This document shows, piece after piece, positions 26,888 through 40,640 of a DNA stretch of 64,000 nt; position 1 is the first letter of the stretch; every line of letters starts with the position of its first letter. The stretch comes from Felis catus. Lineage: Eukaryota. The notes under the pieces are model-generated. The model did not search any database, was not told where the DNA came from, and was given only the letters and a program-made list of their open reading frames with translations. Position numbers and translations under genes: made by a program. Location: the NCBI RefSeq assembly GCF_018350175.1, contig NC_058368.1, positions 67,024,001-67,088,000 on the forward strand. Direction: 5' to 3'.

Positions 26888-27132
26888 CCCTAAAACCTGT
26901 TTGCAAGCATAATTCGTTCCTGAAACATGCCTGTAATCCAAAGCACTCGTATATCAAAGCGAATTTCAAGCAGTGGCTCAGTTGTGATCATGTGACATCT
27001 GTCATCACATACTACTCATAGTGCAAGACATCGCTCGTTTATCAAGTTAAAATTTATTGGAAGTGTTTACTCGTCTTGTGGAACACTTGCAGAACAAGTT
27101 ACAACAAGTGACTCCCAATCCAAGGTTTTACA
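26888..27132. mobile_element. Tc1/mariner (Tigger-like) MITE, ~245 bp
   Basis: Imperfect terminal inverted repeats (taaaacctg-tttgc ... ccaatccaaggtttta) flanked by TA dinucleotides. Confidence 0.7.
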
Positions 27133-27261
27133 TATGTGTCATCGGTCCGGTTATGTCGAAACTGATGGACAGGATGGGATACAGGACCTAAATGACTAAT
27201 CCAGGATAGAGACTCTTGTCCCCAGAGGTTCACTGCATGGAAGACATCACATGGCCTCAGC

Positions 27262-27462
27262 TTGTTTTGTTTTTTTATTTTAAAGAGAGAGCGTGCGCAC
27301 AGGCTGGTGAAGGGCAGAAGAAGGGAGGATCTTAAGCTGGCTCCGCGCAGAGCAGAGGGTTTGATCCAATCAATGCAGAGTTCGATCCCACAATGCTGGG
27401 ATCACGACGGGAGCGGAAATCAAGAGTCAAACGCTCAGCCAATTTAGCCACCCAGGTGTCCC
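27262..27462 (-). mobile_element. Diverged CAN-SINE
   Basis: T-tail, gagagagag, ends gccacccaggtgtccc. Confidence 0.85.
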
Positions 27463-28083
27463 CAGGGCATCAGTTGTAATGCGTATTTTTAAAAGGCAGT
27501 AAGTAACATCATTAGCTAATTTGTTTTTTATCACAATAAAAAAATTAGCTAAATATCTTCTCCCTCATGCAGCAACTGTTTAAAAGCCTCTGAATAAGGC
27601 TTAGAAGTTACTGGAGATCAGATCAAGGAACTCGGGATTTGTTCACATTCTTCCCTCACCACTTAGCAATCACCACCAACGTGACTCTGAACATTACATC
27701 ATTTTACATGGCTTCCATGTTGCGCATATGATCCAAAGTAAAAGAGAACAATAATGTCAGAATCAGAAATAGTAAATGGGGAGCACAGAAATTATAATTT
27801 CACAAACTCAACCAGGTTTCTATTCCTGAACCCTACATTTCAGTATCATGTAAAATCCTAGTAACAGCTGTAATTCTCATACAGAAAATCAAGATGTTAC
27901 TAGCACTCTAAACATGTGTTAGAAAGAAAAAATATTTTGACAATTATATACAATTCAGTTTTTTTCATTTATTAGGCATAACAACTATCCATACCCACCA
28001 TGTATAATGGCAGAGATGGGAGGGTAAATGGAAGCCTGAAGGCACTACTTACCTCATAGATAAAAAAGACAAAAGCTATGTTT

Positions 28084-28320
28084 GGGGTGCTTGGGTGGCT
28101 CAGCCGGTTAAACATCCGACTCTTAATTTCAGCTCAGGTCATGATCTCACAGTTGGGGAGATCGAGCCCCGCATTAGGCTCCATGCTAGACACGGAGCCT
28201 GCTTCAGATAGACAGTCATTTATTCATTCATTCATTCATTCATTCATTCATTCATTCATTCTCTCTCTCTCCCTTCTGCCCCTCCACTTGCATACTTGCT
28301 CTCTCTTAAAAAAAAATTTA
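28084..28320 (+). mobile_element. CAN-SINE with internal (TTCA)n microsatellite
   Basis: Head and tail present; TSD aaaaagacaaaa(a)gcta(t/g)gttt. Confidence 0.92.
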
Positions 28321-28481
28321 AAAAAGACAAAAAGGCTAGGTTTAAAAAATATCCCACTATTTTTCAGAATTCAAAGATTTTTGAACACTAGGTCATGAAA
28401 GCAGCTTCCATCTCTAGTTAAATGATCAACCTGTGTTTTAAAATACATTTAGCAAAATGTACTTCAATGTCGGCTCATCAT

Positions 28482-28610
28482 GGGGTGTCTGGCTGGCTCA
28501 GTTGCTAGAGTGTGTGACTCTTGATCTTGGGGTTGTGAGTTCGAGCCCCACGCTGGGTGTAGAGATTACTTAAAAATAACATTTTTAAATTTTAAAAAAT
28601 AAAAATAAAT
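28482..28610 (+). mobile_element. Short old carnivore tRNA-derived SINE (SINEC_old-like)
   Basis: ggctggctcagtt..actcttgatcttggggttgtgagttcgagccccacgctgggtgtagagattacttaaaaa; no (CT)n. Confidence 0.85.
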
Positions 28611-30929
28611 GCTGGTATATTGTGACTTTTCAAGATGTAATTTAACACAACATCCATTAAGTGGAAAAACGGTTCAGTAATTGTTGTAAATACTTCAGGC
28701 ACAGTAAGGCTTTTATTATTGAGAAAGGAGATCTCAAATTAGAAAACAAAAATGCCTCGGTAACTATGGTTTGGGCAGACAGTAGCATTTCTGAAGTTTT
28801 CCCAGCATGAACTGGTAGCATCGGGGACCTAAGCCAAGTCATACTGTTAAAGTCACTGATTACAAGGCAGGATTCCTCAGAGGGGATCCAGCCTCAAACT
28901 AAAAGCAAAAGGTTCTTCACCAAATACGCTAACTTGGAGACGACAGAGAATCCCGCAGGCCTTCGGGCTCAATTCACCTACCCCGAGTGAAAGTCCTTTC
29001 GACTCTCAAACCTCAGGGTGGTCAACATGCCCAGGGGAGAAGAGGGGTAGAGAAGCACACACCTGGAGACGGAGTCACAGGGGGTGCCCAGGAGCAAGCC
29101 TGCCCGATACCCGACCCGACATCACCTCAAAGGGTCAGCACCATCCGTCACCAGAACTGTGCGCTGCTATTGCAAAAAGGTTCCCGGCCTAGTGCGGAAA
29201 GGACTGCATCCTTCTGGGCGGGTGAAACCCAGAGCTGGGCCAGCAGCGGAGGGTAAGAGGCTCTCGATTATCCTTTGCATGGTCTGCTCTGGGGAGAAGG
29301 CTGCATGCAGCACTCAGAATAGGCCCGAAGGTAAGAAAGACTTTCTCTTCAAAGCTGCCACCTGACACACCTATCCCCCTCCCCCTACCCCCACCACCGT
29401 GACTCCCCGCCAGAAGGGGAGATGTGCAGTGAGAAGGTGAGGCACGAGATCAGCTACCAATTACTTTTATAACGTTAATCAATGATTGGATAAACCAAAT
29501 CCATGATCCTTCCGACTTCCAGGTAAGAACTCCATCAAAGAAGGCCACCGCTGTTTGAGACTTTCTTCCTCAGAAGACAAGAATGCCTCTGCGTGGTCAT
29601 GCCTCCGGCTGCTTCTCTGTCAGTCCTCAGCTGCTGAAGGCCCTTCCTCTTTCAGAGATATCAGTCACAGCGGCATTAGTGGGTTACGACAAAAAGCCTT
29701 GCTGTTTTCCATTTAGATGGTAGATAGTACGTACTTTAAAAATACAGAAAATGAAACCCATATTTTTAACGGCAGCTTTAAAAATTCTACATAGAATAAT
29801 ATTCATTAACATCCATTAATATACAATAATATTCAAAACATCCCCATGTTTAAGATGTGGAAATACAAGAGACCAGACAGAGATGCCCCAGTGAGCTAAC
29901 CGAAGTCCTTGTACTGTTGGAGGGTCTCAGACAGATGCTCCCTGGACTCAGGAGAGAATGAAGAACCCCAATTTGGACAGGTTCCTCACCAGGTTTTTGG
30001 GTCCCCATCTGAAACATTCCTCACAACAAGATGTGGCTGGTAACAGCTCTTACTCAATTCTTTTAATATAAATCATTCTAGGGACTGGCCTGAAGTGCTG
30101 TAAAGAGTTCATAAGACACAGGTCTTTGATCTTTGTGGCTTTGCCATGTATGTTTTTAAAATTTCTGGAATGCACCCAGGGAGGCAAACTGCTTGACAGA
30201 AAACACTATAAATATCCAAATAAATAAATACATACAAACATCTGGAAACCTGATTAAGCACTATAAAGTTTTATTTTTTTCAGGGAAGGATGGGGGGGAA
30301 CACCACTGAACAGCATTTTTACTTTTACAGAAAAATGTCCTATTCTTTCCTCAAAATAAACCCTCTCTGACAAGAATACAACTTTAAGAAAGGCTTAAGT
30401 CTACAGGTCACATGGAAAGTGGAGCTGCTAATGCTGTGTAGCTTCCTCCTCAACAAAGTGCCATTCTAGAACCAAAACTCTACTGCAATTCACTTTTTAA
30501 ATAACCCCTGGTAGGTAAGTATCTATGATAGATTAGTCATTATTTCTAACCATAAAAATAAATGTAGGCAATATGCTAATCTGTCGTTAGTGTACCCAAG
30601 TTCAGATCCGAAGTCATCATGCAATAGTTTCCTGGGTCAAAGGCAGAGCAGCAAATGTTAGTCTGCACATCTTCACGAGGCACTATGAACTCTAGTAGTG
30701 AGAAGACAGGATTTACAGTGGTTATACCCGACACAATTAAGTTATAACCAAATAAATCAAACAGCACAAACCATGCGGTTGCAATGTGAACCAGGACTCA
30801 GTAATAAAAATTGGGACATGTTAAAATACCTTCAAAGTTACAAGAAAGATCCCGAGAATATCCTGCCCTACCCCATCACAAGGTCCCCGGCGAGACAGAG
30901 CTTTGCCAAGCATGGAGATGCACGCCATC

Positions 30930-31400
30930 AGGCATTGTACCCAACAGAAAAACTGCCTATTGCTCTAGAGATGGGGTTAAAAACACTCCGCGCGCCTGGC
31001 ACGACTCACCCCTGGCCTGGTACTGCTGAGCCGAACTGTCACTCTAGCCCACGCTCACTCCACACCCGCCAGTCAGGCTTCCTTGCTGGTTTCCAGCCGC
31101 CCACCCCCGCCCCCAACTATTCCCGCTTCCCGCTTCTGGATAAGTCTGCCTCATTCTCCAGCCAGTGCCTGCAGACACACTCCGCCCCCGGTCCCGCCTC
31201 CATGTTCAGGTCACCCTGGACACTCGCCAAGTCCACCCGGGGCCTCCTCTTCCACAGGGCCAATCACAGCCACACTAATGTGGCTACTGGCACAGAAGTC
31301 TAGCAGGGGACACATAACTTTTGGTGACACCATGCCTGACTTGCGATAAGGGCTCAGTAAGTGTTCCTCAACAGACAGGTAGAAGGTTAAGTGAATGTGT
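30930..31400 (+). mobile_element. L2 3' fragment
   Basis: Ends gacaccatgcctgacttgcgataagggctcagtaagtgtt..gtgaatg. Confidence 0.55.
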
Positions 31401-34301
31401 TCAGAAAGCAGCATTTTCAGTATTTGCCCTGTTTGGAAACAAGAGACCCTCATTCCAAGAACAGAAGCCAATGGTGAGACAAGCTGGCACCAACCACTCA
31501 AAGCAATGATAAAAGAGGCCACCAAAGGCAAATGCCAATAAAAGGTAGGGGGAAAAAATAACCACTGGTCAAGTCCAAAATAACAAGCGTGTTTAAACTC
31601 CTGTGGCAGCTACAACCCAGAAGCATGGCCCTGTGACAAAAGTATGAGGGCTACCAGTGTGGGAGGTGGTCAAGAATCCTTCCAGCTCCCATAGCCCCCC
31701 CATGCTGACGGGGCAGTGAGCACTCCGAAACAACACGCACATCTGTATGATTCTAGTCTGCCTCTACCGTGAGACAGGCCGGGTCTTTGGATATTGTCTC
31801 AACTCACCAAGTAACAGAAGAATTCATCCTGCTCTGCATTCTAACTCTCTTCTTTGCACCTTCAGGACCCTCGAGCAGGCAGGGCCACACTGAATTCATC
31901 TCCCCACTCAGTTCGTACCCATACAGCTCCCCATCACGGCAGCTGCTCCACAGGAAGAGATCCTGGTGCTGAGTATCTGGGAGGTTAATCACATCTACAC
32001 CAACACGTGCTTCCCTAAGTGCCATGGCATCCTTGGCAAGAAGCTGGCAGCAACACAGATGGAAACTTTTCATGGCCTCCAGGCTGACCTCCTGGCCTAG
32101 AGGCACTAGAAACGCCCATTCTCATCTGTTCCATGATCCACCACCAAAACTGGATTCTGAGTGTTGTCTCGCTGTCTCCAGGCCCCATCTCTCCTGACTC
32201 CACTCGGAACGGTCCCACGTCCTCAGCCTTGCCTCGGGGTTCTCCTCCCCAAGTGTCTCCCTTGCAGGATGTCAACCCCTAAAACTGTTAACACATCATC
32301 ACCAGCCCAGCACATCCCACCAGCACACATAATGGATATGCCCACCATGTTCCACCATTGCCCCAACATCCGGGAGGGATCATCTCTGTTCAGTCTCCCT
32401 CAGAGGCCAAGGCAGTCCATGCATCTTCTATAGCCTCCAAACGAGAAGCGACACAGATAGTCTAATGGCCAGCTATAGGCTGCCCGAGGAATTTGCCACA
32501 TGTATAAAAACCTAATACAGAATTAAAACTTCTCTCCTGCACGCGTAAATAAAATGAACTGCAAACCATCTTAGTAATCCAGGCTACCACAGACTGCACA
32601 GGGTAGTTTGTGGACAGTTAAGACACACTCAGAATAATAGCCTTTCATATGTACTTTAAACATCTAGGAACTAAGGAGAGAACAGGAATTTCTATAGAAG
32701 AGGAAAAGGCTTGAAGAGGGTCTGAAATCTGTAAGGAAATCATTTAACTTTTAAGAAAATCAGAAATTCTTTCTGGGCAGGATCTGGTGTCTGTCCATCG
32801 TTCCTGGTAAAACCCAGCTGACACATTTGCAGAATATTCTTGGCCTGCTATTTATGGATTTCCACGGCTAATTTTTGCATACTAGTTCGTCCCCCCTTTT
32901 CCCTGCAAATGCATATTCCGCCCGCCATTCTCCTCACTCTCCAGGTACGTGTGCTATTGTAACCTACACGAACAAATATTCATCTCCTAAGAGCTATACT
33001 GCACAAGTTTTTCATGCATATTAGGGGAAAATCAGGCTTCTGCAGGACATCAAAGTCCTTTCAGACCATGACCTTAACTGTGTTCCTTACCAGCATTCGA
33101 AACTTGCTTGCATTAAATAGTATCTGTACAGGCTTGTAATGAAGCAAAATCACTCCAGGATCCCAATCTCTCTGGCAGCCACAGACTCCACGGGCCTCAG
33201 ATGAAAAGTCATGTTGCTCATCACTGAAAGGTTTCCTTCGAGCTGAATAGATCCACTAGTCACAAACCTGAAATTGCTAATATTTTCATCAGAAAGGGGT
33301 AAGAGAGCTTTAATTTACCAAGACACTATGACCTGGAGGCAGCAAGCAGCTCAAGGCTGAACAGGTCGAGCTATCACATGCGTGAGATGTCATCGAAACA
33401 TGAATGGGGGAGAGAGTCCAATGTAGCATTTTTCTTTTCTCATATCAAAACACATTACTCCTGACGCTTGGACTTTCTAGGTCAGTTCACTTTCACCTAG
33501 GTTTCACTTTGCCTCACATTCTGTCCAGATACATTCTTTATCAGCCAGGCACTTTTGCCTTGCATTTGTCCTCAAACCCAGCAAGGAAAACAAAAAAGTT
33601 CAGAAGTCAAAGAATGTAAGACTCCTCTCAAGTGAAGTACAAAGAGAGAGAACACAGGACGTACCATGAATACAGAGCTCCATATACCACTGCTTCTGAC
33701 CAAAGTGTGCTCTATACAGGGTGGCGATGGGGGGAGACTAATGACATTTCGATAAACAAACCTTAATATGTTTTAGCCAATATATGAAAAGAACCTCACA
33801 GGCAAAGACGGGAGTAAAGAGGCCACAACCTTGTGTTACTGAAACTCAACAAAGGAGAAGCTGGTCCAATCGTCCAGAGAGCCAGCTACACCCCCAAAGG
33901 CAAATGGCAGACTTTATTCAGGAAAACGATTCCCACATTTCTGACTTTTTAAAAAGACTATCAAAACATAAAAGACAATGGAAACAGGTTCACCCAGAAG
34001 CAAAGGAAACAGTGACGAGTTAACATCATACACCTAAATTTACAACAACAACAAAAGCCCAAAAGATGGCTAAAATTAGGATTAGATCCTGTCCTTACAC
34101 GATTTGTGATTAAGTGAATGAGCACAAAAAACTACTTCTCTATAAACATTAAGCCATTTAAAGACTAAGTAGTAAGATTTCCTGGACACTATTTTCCTGC
34201 AAATTTCCAAATGTCATTTAACTTCTGTGGAGAACAAGCAAGTAAGAAAGCAAAAATTCTACGTTACTGCAAAAAAATTAAGATACGGGGGGTGCCAGTG
34301 G

Positions 34302-34518
34302 CAGCACCTGGGTGGCTCAGCCTGTTAAGTGTCAGACTTCCGCTCAGGTCACGATCTCCCGTGAGTTCGAACCCCGCATCAGACTCTGTGCTGACAGCTC
34401 AGAGCCTGGAGCCTGTTTTTGATTCTGTGTCTCCCTCTCTCTCTCTCTCTCTGCCCCTCCCCAACTCACGCTGTCTCTCCCTCTCTCAAAATAAACATTA
34501 AAAAAAAAAAAAAAAAGA
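34302..34518 (+). mobile_element. CAN-SINE (tandem copy 1)
   Basis: Full body and A-tail followed by aagatac. Confidence 0.93.
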
Positions 34519-34522
34519 TACC

Positions 34523-34730
34523 GGGCACCTGGGTGGCTCAGTCAGTTAGGCATCCAACTTCGGCTCAGGTCATGATCTCATGGTTCGTGAGTTCGAGTCC
34601 CGCATCAGGCTCTGTGCTGACAGCTCAGAGGCTGGAACCTGCTTCGGATTCCGTGTCTCCCTCTCTCTCTACCCCTTGGCAGCTCACACTGTTTCCTCTC
34701 TCTCTCAAAAATAAACATTAAAAAAAAAAA
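34523..34730 (+). mobile_element. CAN-SINE (tandem copy 2)
   Basis: Full body and A-tail followed by aagatac. Confidence 0.93.
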
Positions 34731-34856
34731 GATACAGGCCATAAGAGATGATGGAAGAATCCCTCCCTTTCCCACTACCGTGGCTTGTGAATGGAGGGGA
34801 ATCTGAAAAATGAACTGTGTACCAAAGCCTGAATGAGTAATTAAAATGTGGATCTT

Positions 34857-35069
34857 ATTTTTTTTAATGTTTATTTTTTTTTTGATAGGGAGACAGACAG
34901 ACAGAGCTTGAGCAGAGGAGGGGCAAAGAGAGGAGACAGAATCTGGAGCAGGCTCCAGGCTCTGAGTTGTCAGCACAGAGCCCAATGCGGGGCTCGAACT
35001 CACAAACGGCAAGATCAAACACCTGAGCTGAAGTTGGATGCTTAACCAACTGGGCCACCCAGGCACCCC
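34857..35069 (-). mobile_element. CAN-SINE
   Basis: T-tail ... gccacccaggcacccc. Confidence 0.93.
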
Positions 35070-35799
35070 AAATAAAATGTTTTTAAGTGCAATTCATTGG
35101 GATTGATACATCTGTGGCTCCAGGCTGCTATTAACTTAAGCTCTAAACCCAAGACAAGTCTGCTACTGAACCACAGACACTGGCAGCATGGTTTGTATGG
35201 AAGAGACCAACAGAGGAATTTATCCATTCTTCTATTTCACCCCACACCCCCGGGCTTCTTTATATCTATAGGATAGCTGGATGAGATTCCTACAATACCG
35301 AAGTCATTTTGCTGTGGTTCTCCTCAGGAAACTTCCCAGATCTCCGCTCCGTCCACTAAATGACTAAATGACTAACACCTCCAACCATACTATTTTCCCA
35401 CTCATAGTCAATACGAGCCCTACTATACATTGAACTTCATTTCCAATATAGCCTACATCAAGGTAGTTAATGTCTTCATGCAAATGATTGCAGACATCTT
35501 GGAATGGTTAGCAGTACATCCAATCTCACAGGATTTGAGAACTAACACTCTTTATCTCTGACTCGTTTTATTAAAAAGAGCTCTTATCAAGTGCTATGTT
35601 GTTTTCACTCCCCCTAAGAACCCCAATGCCAAAGAAGAGCTCACTACAATCCCATGATCCCACACTGTCTCTTACAATATCAATACTATAACTATAAATA
35701 TCAGTAAACATAAATACTATAAACTTCAGAGCTAACCTTTTCATAACATGGGATCAGCTATAAAATTACAAAAACTTTACAGTCATGACAGAGACGAAG

Positions 35800-35893
35800 C
35801 AGGTTGTTGTAGGGATATCTGCACTCCTATCTCATGCCAGCCTTATTCACAACAAAGTTTGGAAATAACCTGTCTCTCAACGATGAAGATCTC

Positions 35894-35951
<58 letters not shown>

Positions 35952-36430
35952 AGGAATACTATTCAGCCACGAGAAAAAAGGAAATCCTGCCATTTGCAAC
36001 GACACGAATGGACCTTGAGGACATCCTGCCAAGTGAGATAAGCCAGACAGAGAAAGACAAATACTCTATGACATCTCTGATATGTGGAGTCTAAAAATGC
36101 TGAACTCATAAAAGCAGTGAGTAAAATGGTGGTTACCAAGGGCTAGGGGCATGAAAGAGATGTTGTTTCAGGGTACACACTTGCAACTTACAGATAAATA
36201 AAGTCTTAGAGACGGAATACACAGTGATTACAGACAAGAAAAGTATACTATAAACAGTAAATCTACTAAGAGACTAGACCTTAATTATTCCCGACACAAG
36301 AAGAAATCATCATCATGTGACGACAGCTGTTGGCTAATGCCACAACAGCAATCATACTGCACTATAAATGTATCACCTCAATATGCTGTATGTGTTGCAG
36401 TGCTATATGCCAAACAGGTCTCCAAAAAAC
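35800..36430 (+). mobile_element. L1 (L1MA-type) 3' end with (CT)n(CA)n microsatellite at ~35891-35951
   Basis: EYYSATRKKEILPFATTRMDLEDILPSEISQTEKDKY matches the L1 ORF2 terminus. Confidence 0.9.
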
Positions 36431-38628
36431 ATAAACAGTATGTCATGAGAAGGCACCGGTGAAAGTCTCTTAAAACTTTAGGGCCACGAGAAAAGGTTAA
36501 AGTGATTATCTGGTTTTCAGAAACAGTAACTTTCCCTACAGATCAAAGATCCATCCACCCACCCAACCCCATCCCACTTTGGAACTAATTCATTTTCTGC
36601 AAACTGATAAAAGCAAGGAAGTGCACATAAAAACTGAATAAACACAGAAGGAGGAGGCCAAAGACCACAAATTTTGAAGTATTTATTCTCATATTTGTAA
36701 CTTAAATTCGAATTTTGTATCAATACAAACACATATATCCACTGATTGCCTATACCTTATACCACCCGTATTATGTGATGCACTGTCCAGGTCATGCAAA
36801 TTTTCTGCAATTTTAAAAAGGTTTCTGATTAGTATGATGTCCACATCCATTTCATAGGAAATACTATGCTAAACAATTTCACCTTGACCTGAAGAGCCAC
36901 CATTACTGTGTAAAATACAATGTGTAGGAATGGACGACGTATCTTTAGAAAACACCCGTAGGGAGTTCAGGATACAGTGTCTGGTTCCCTTATGTAAAAT
37001 TCCCAGCACACTGGCATATAGAGGTGCTCAATACATGTTTAGTTATAATCTCTATGCTGATTAAAATCTGCGTGCTGGTTAACGATGAGAACAATCTGGT
37101 TCTTAATTTTCATTTACAGGCATCGTAACTCTACGGTTTCCACATAATAACCAATGAGGACGATAACAACGGGAGTGAACAAGAAGGCAAGGGAATGCAG
37201 GGTACAAGCTTCAGAGGAGCCAGAGAGTGGAGGTTTCTCGTTGTTTTGTGGCTACTGAAGGTGACATGAGATGACGGAAGGGACAGTCTTTTGGTAGTTT
37301 AAGTTATCAAACAAATTTACAATGTTGCTAGAAAATGAGATATAGGGAAACATTCCAAATTTACCATAATTCGGGCTGATCCCGAAGGAACTAGATTATA
37401 ACTGCCAACAGATGAAACCTCTACCATGGAACAGATCCCTAAAACATTAGAGGGTGTACGAAAACTAGAGTCATAAAAATCCTATCAGTCTTTACAACCT
37501 ACTTCTAATTCTCTCTTTTATCAAGATATTTCTAAGTGAGTTCTGCAGGAAGACAGAACCATTGCCATTTCGGCGCTGAGGGCCTCTCAGACGTCACTGA
37601 GGCTGAACACTAAGACTCAGAACTAGTTAGATGATCCCTGACTACTAACACAGCTACCTGGCAAACAGGTGTTAAACGAATAAGCACTCTATCTTCACTT
37701 GGGTCTCTCCACCCCAAACTATTCCTTCATATACCTCAGTGCTGTTATAGCCAGCCAGAAATTTCTGGCATTTAAATGATCAGTTGACTAACGCTACCTG
37801 GGCAGTATATATAGAAGAGCTGTATTTGTTCTGTGGACTTACTATTCCCTTAACTGCTTTAAAAATATAATCGATAGTTTGTAACAACCACCCAGGAATC
37901 TCCTTTTCTTCCCAAGCTGCTTTAACTGTATTTTGTGCAAGAAGTTCTGAAGTAGAATGTCCATCTGATAGAAATGCAGAAGGACTGCCCAGAATTAACT
38001 GCAGTGAACAAACCACAAAATGTCTCTAAAAACATCCCATGAATAAAATGTGAAGGCTCGACAATCTAAAACTGCCTTAGGTCAACTTTAACTTTCGCTT
38101 GTGAAATTTGTCATTTTGCATGCTTTTTGGAAAAAAAGGTGAATACATAGAAGCTCTACATTTTGACCAGTTATAGCATTTTTAAAAATAGTAAGTTCCT
38201 GCTACTCCCAAGAAGTATACCCACTTCCCTGGAATGATTCCAATGCTGCATTTAAGTAGGACTTATTTTATAAATTTCAAACTGTCTTTCCTTAATTACA
38301 CAATAGACTTCTGTAATAAACTTCAACCATATCATTTTTAAACAAAAAGTAAACCAGATGTTTGGTACTTACATGCAAAATTGAGCTCCCCTTGTGAAAC
38401 CAAATTAAATTAAAATGAACTCCGGAGTGGAGCTAGGCCCCGATGAAAACAACAACAAACACAAGCCAACAAAAAAACATGATGTTGTTTTGTGGCTTGT
38501 TGGTCTTGGTCACTTACCTATTTTTCCTTACATCTGGGAAAACATACCCTCCCTTTCCCACACCCCACTGTTTTATCAAAATTAGCATATGTATTTGGAT
38601 TTTGCTTAAAAAAAAAAAAAGAGGCAAT

Positions 38629-38853
38629 GGGGTACCTGGGTGGCTCAGTTGGTTGAGCCCCCGACTTCGGCTCAGGTCATGATCTTGCGTTGATGAGTTC
38701 AAGCCCTATATTGGGTTCTGTGCTGACAGCTCAGAGCCCAAAGCCTGCTTCAGATTCTGGGTCTCCCTCTCTCTCTGCTCCTCCCCCCACCTCTGCTCTG
38801 TCTCCCTCCCTCTCAAAAATAAACAAACGTTTAAAAAATACATTAAAAAAAAA
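38629..38853 (+). mobile_element. CAN-SINE
   Basis: TSD aaaaaaagaggc. Confidence 0.93.
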
Positions 38854-38904
38854 GAGGCGAAAACCCCTAAAATTTCAACATGTCACTTAAAGAGTCAAAA
38901 ATCA

Positions 38905-39130
38905 ATGTCCACCATATGGTAGGCACTGTTTTAAATGCTTCACATATATGGAACCTCTTAGTTCTCACACACATAAAAAAGCTTCTTTCTCCCACTATAC
39001 TACCATCCCCAGTGTACAGACAGAGTTGAAGCCGACAGAGATTAAGTAACTCAGTCAAGCTCTGTCGGTGGCAGAGCTTGGATTCACATTCAGGAAGGAT
39101 GATTCCAAAGTCTGTTCTCTTTACCATGGA
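38905..39130 (-). mobile_element. MIR
   Basis: taggcactgttttaaatgctt..acagagattaagtaact..ggcagagcttggattc. Confidence 0.8.
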
Positions 39131-40571
39131 GCCAGAATCACACTTTGATTCAAAACCACTACTGGGAAATACAAGAAATCCATTCACATTGGTCAAATTC
39201 AAGGTCACTTTATTTGCTGGTCATTTTTCAAATTAAAAATTTTTCATCTCTTTAATGGAATCCAATAATATGAACCTTATTCTGATGTGACAATCTAACT
39301 GAAGAGAGGACTCTGTCTCAACATGCACACCCACCCCACCCGTCATCAGTGCTGCTTAAGGCAATCGTGCTTCAGTCAAGAGGACCTTGATGTAGCAGTG
39401 AGATGACGACGGGCTCAGCTACTCCAAAGCTCTGCTCCCAACAGAACTGGGACATCCCAGCACCTTGACCTCCATCCCACTCTCTGACCATTAACACTGT
39501 AAAATACCTACTGATGACAACCAAAGTTCTCTCGCATCTGACATCAAATTAAAAAGGGACCTAAGAATTCCGGGGTAAGAAAAGATGGGCTATGTTTAAA
39601 GACGTACTCCAGGTTTATCCAAAACCTACAAGATGCTCACTTTGTCACCTAAAATTTCAAACCCTAACCTCATCTAGAAAATTTAGCTAGTCTGACAGAG
39701 CAAGAACCAAGACAAGAACACATACCTGAAGGCCGGATCATTTAAGCATTACCTTCCTGTCATGTCTCCTTTGTGAAAGAAGATGTGAGTGGTCAGAACA
39801 CTTGGCATCAAGGATTCAAGCTTCTTCACTCAATTTTTAGAATTCCCTAACGTATAACAAATCTATTCACCTGGTCTAAAGACTTGACAATTCGTTAATA
39901 AACAGCTTACTTGATTGTATGATAACCACTGTCTGGGTTACACAGGTGTTGCCTTTTATTACTCTGGCTATTTATGTCAACAACTGTTTAATCTTGAAGA
40001 ACAATTTTCTAGTAACACTGATTACTCATCACCTTGAAACAGGGGTTTATTTTCCTTTTATATACAGGAGTATAAGTCAAGACCAACATTTCAAAGCCAG
40101 CACCAAAAACAAACACTTCTGTCTACAATACAGTTTACTGATAGAACCCATTCAACTACATTTGACTCCCTTTTCATTTTTATCCTAAGAGGGAGAGTAC
40201 AGAGATTTACGTTAGCATGAGATATAATTTTAAGATGTTACTACCATCTTATTCTCCAAAAAGTTAAAATAACAAATTTATAGTTCTCCCAGAGGAAATT
40301 AATTTAATGAGCCCAGGCCATTCTGACACTAAAGGAAGAAAAAAAAAAGTTCTAAAAGAAATGACTATATACAAGAAAACAACCATTACCTTCTTAATCT
40401 TTTAGATATTTAAAGGTAATGAAAAAAATTAATCCCTGATTCTTAGTTGCAAAGCACCGCTGTGATCTAGACACATGGAATTATGTACGTAAGAAAATAT
40501 ATTTAAGAACAAAACCACATACACTGTGGTACCTATTCAAATGTTTATGCACAACAAAAAGAAGTAGGTGC

Positions 40572-40640
40572 TCACTATATTGTACACCTGAAACTAATAT
40601 ACCACCACTGTATGTCAACTGTACAGGAATTAAAATTATA
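40572..40640 (+). mobile_element. Extremely 5'-truncated carnivore L1 3' end (~70 bp)
   Basis: tcactatattgtacacctgaaactaatat..ctgtatgtcaact; 16-bp TSD aaaaagaag(t/c)aggt(g/a)c. Confidence 0.85.

Noticed and set aside
28482..28560. tRNA-like sequence with A/B boxes
   Set aside because: Followed by a SINE body and A-rich tail and degenerate; it is a SINE head, not a tRNA gene.
30698..31303. 201-aa ORF on + strand
   Set aside because: Overlaps a degenerate L2 in C-rich sequence; no protein family recognised.
31850..32480. GC-balanced block suspected to be a processed pseudogene or RTE/L4 fossil
   Set aside because: No convincing peptide match, poly(A) or TSD by eye; needs tBLASTx or Dfam.
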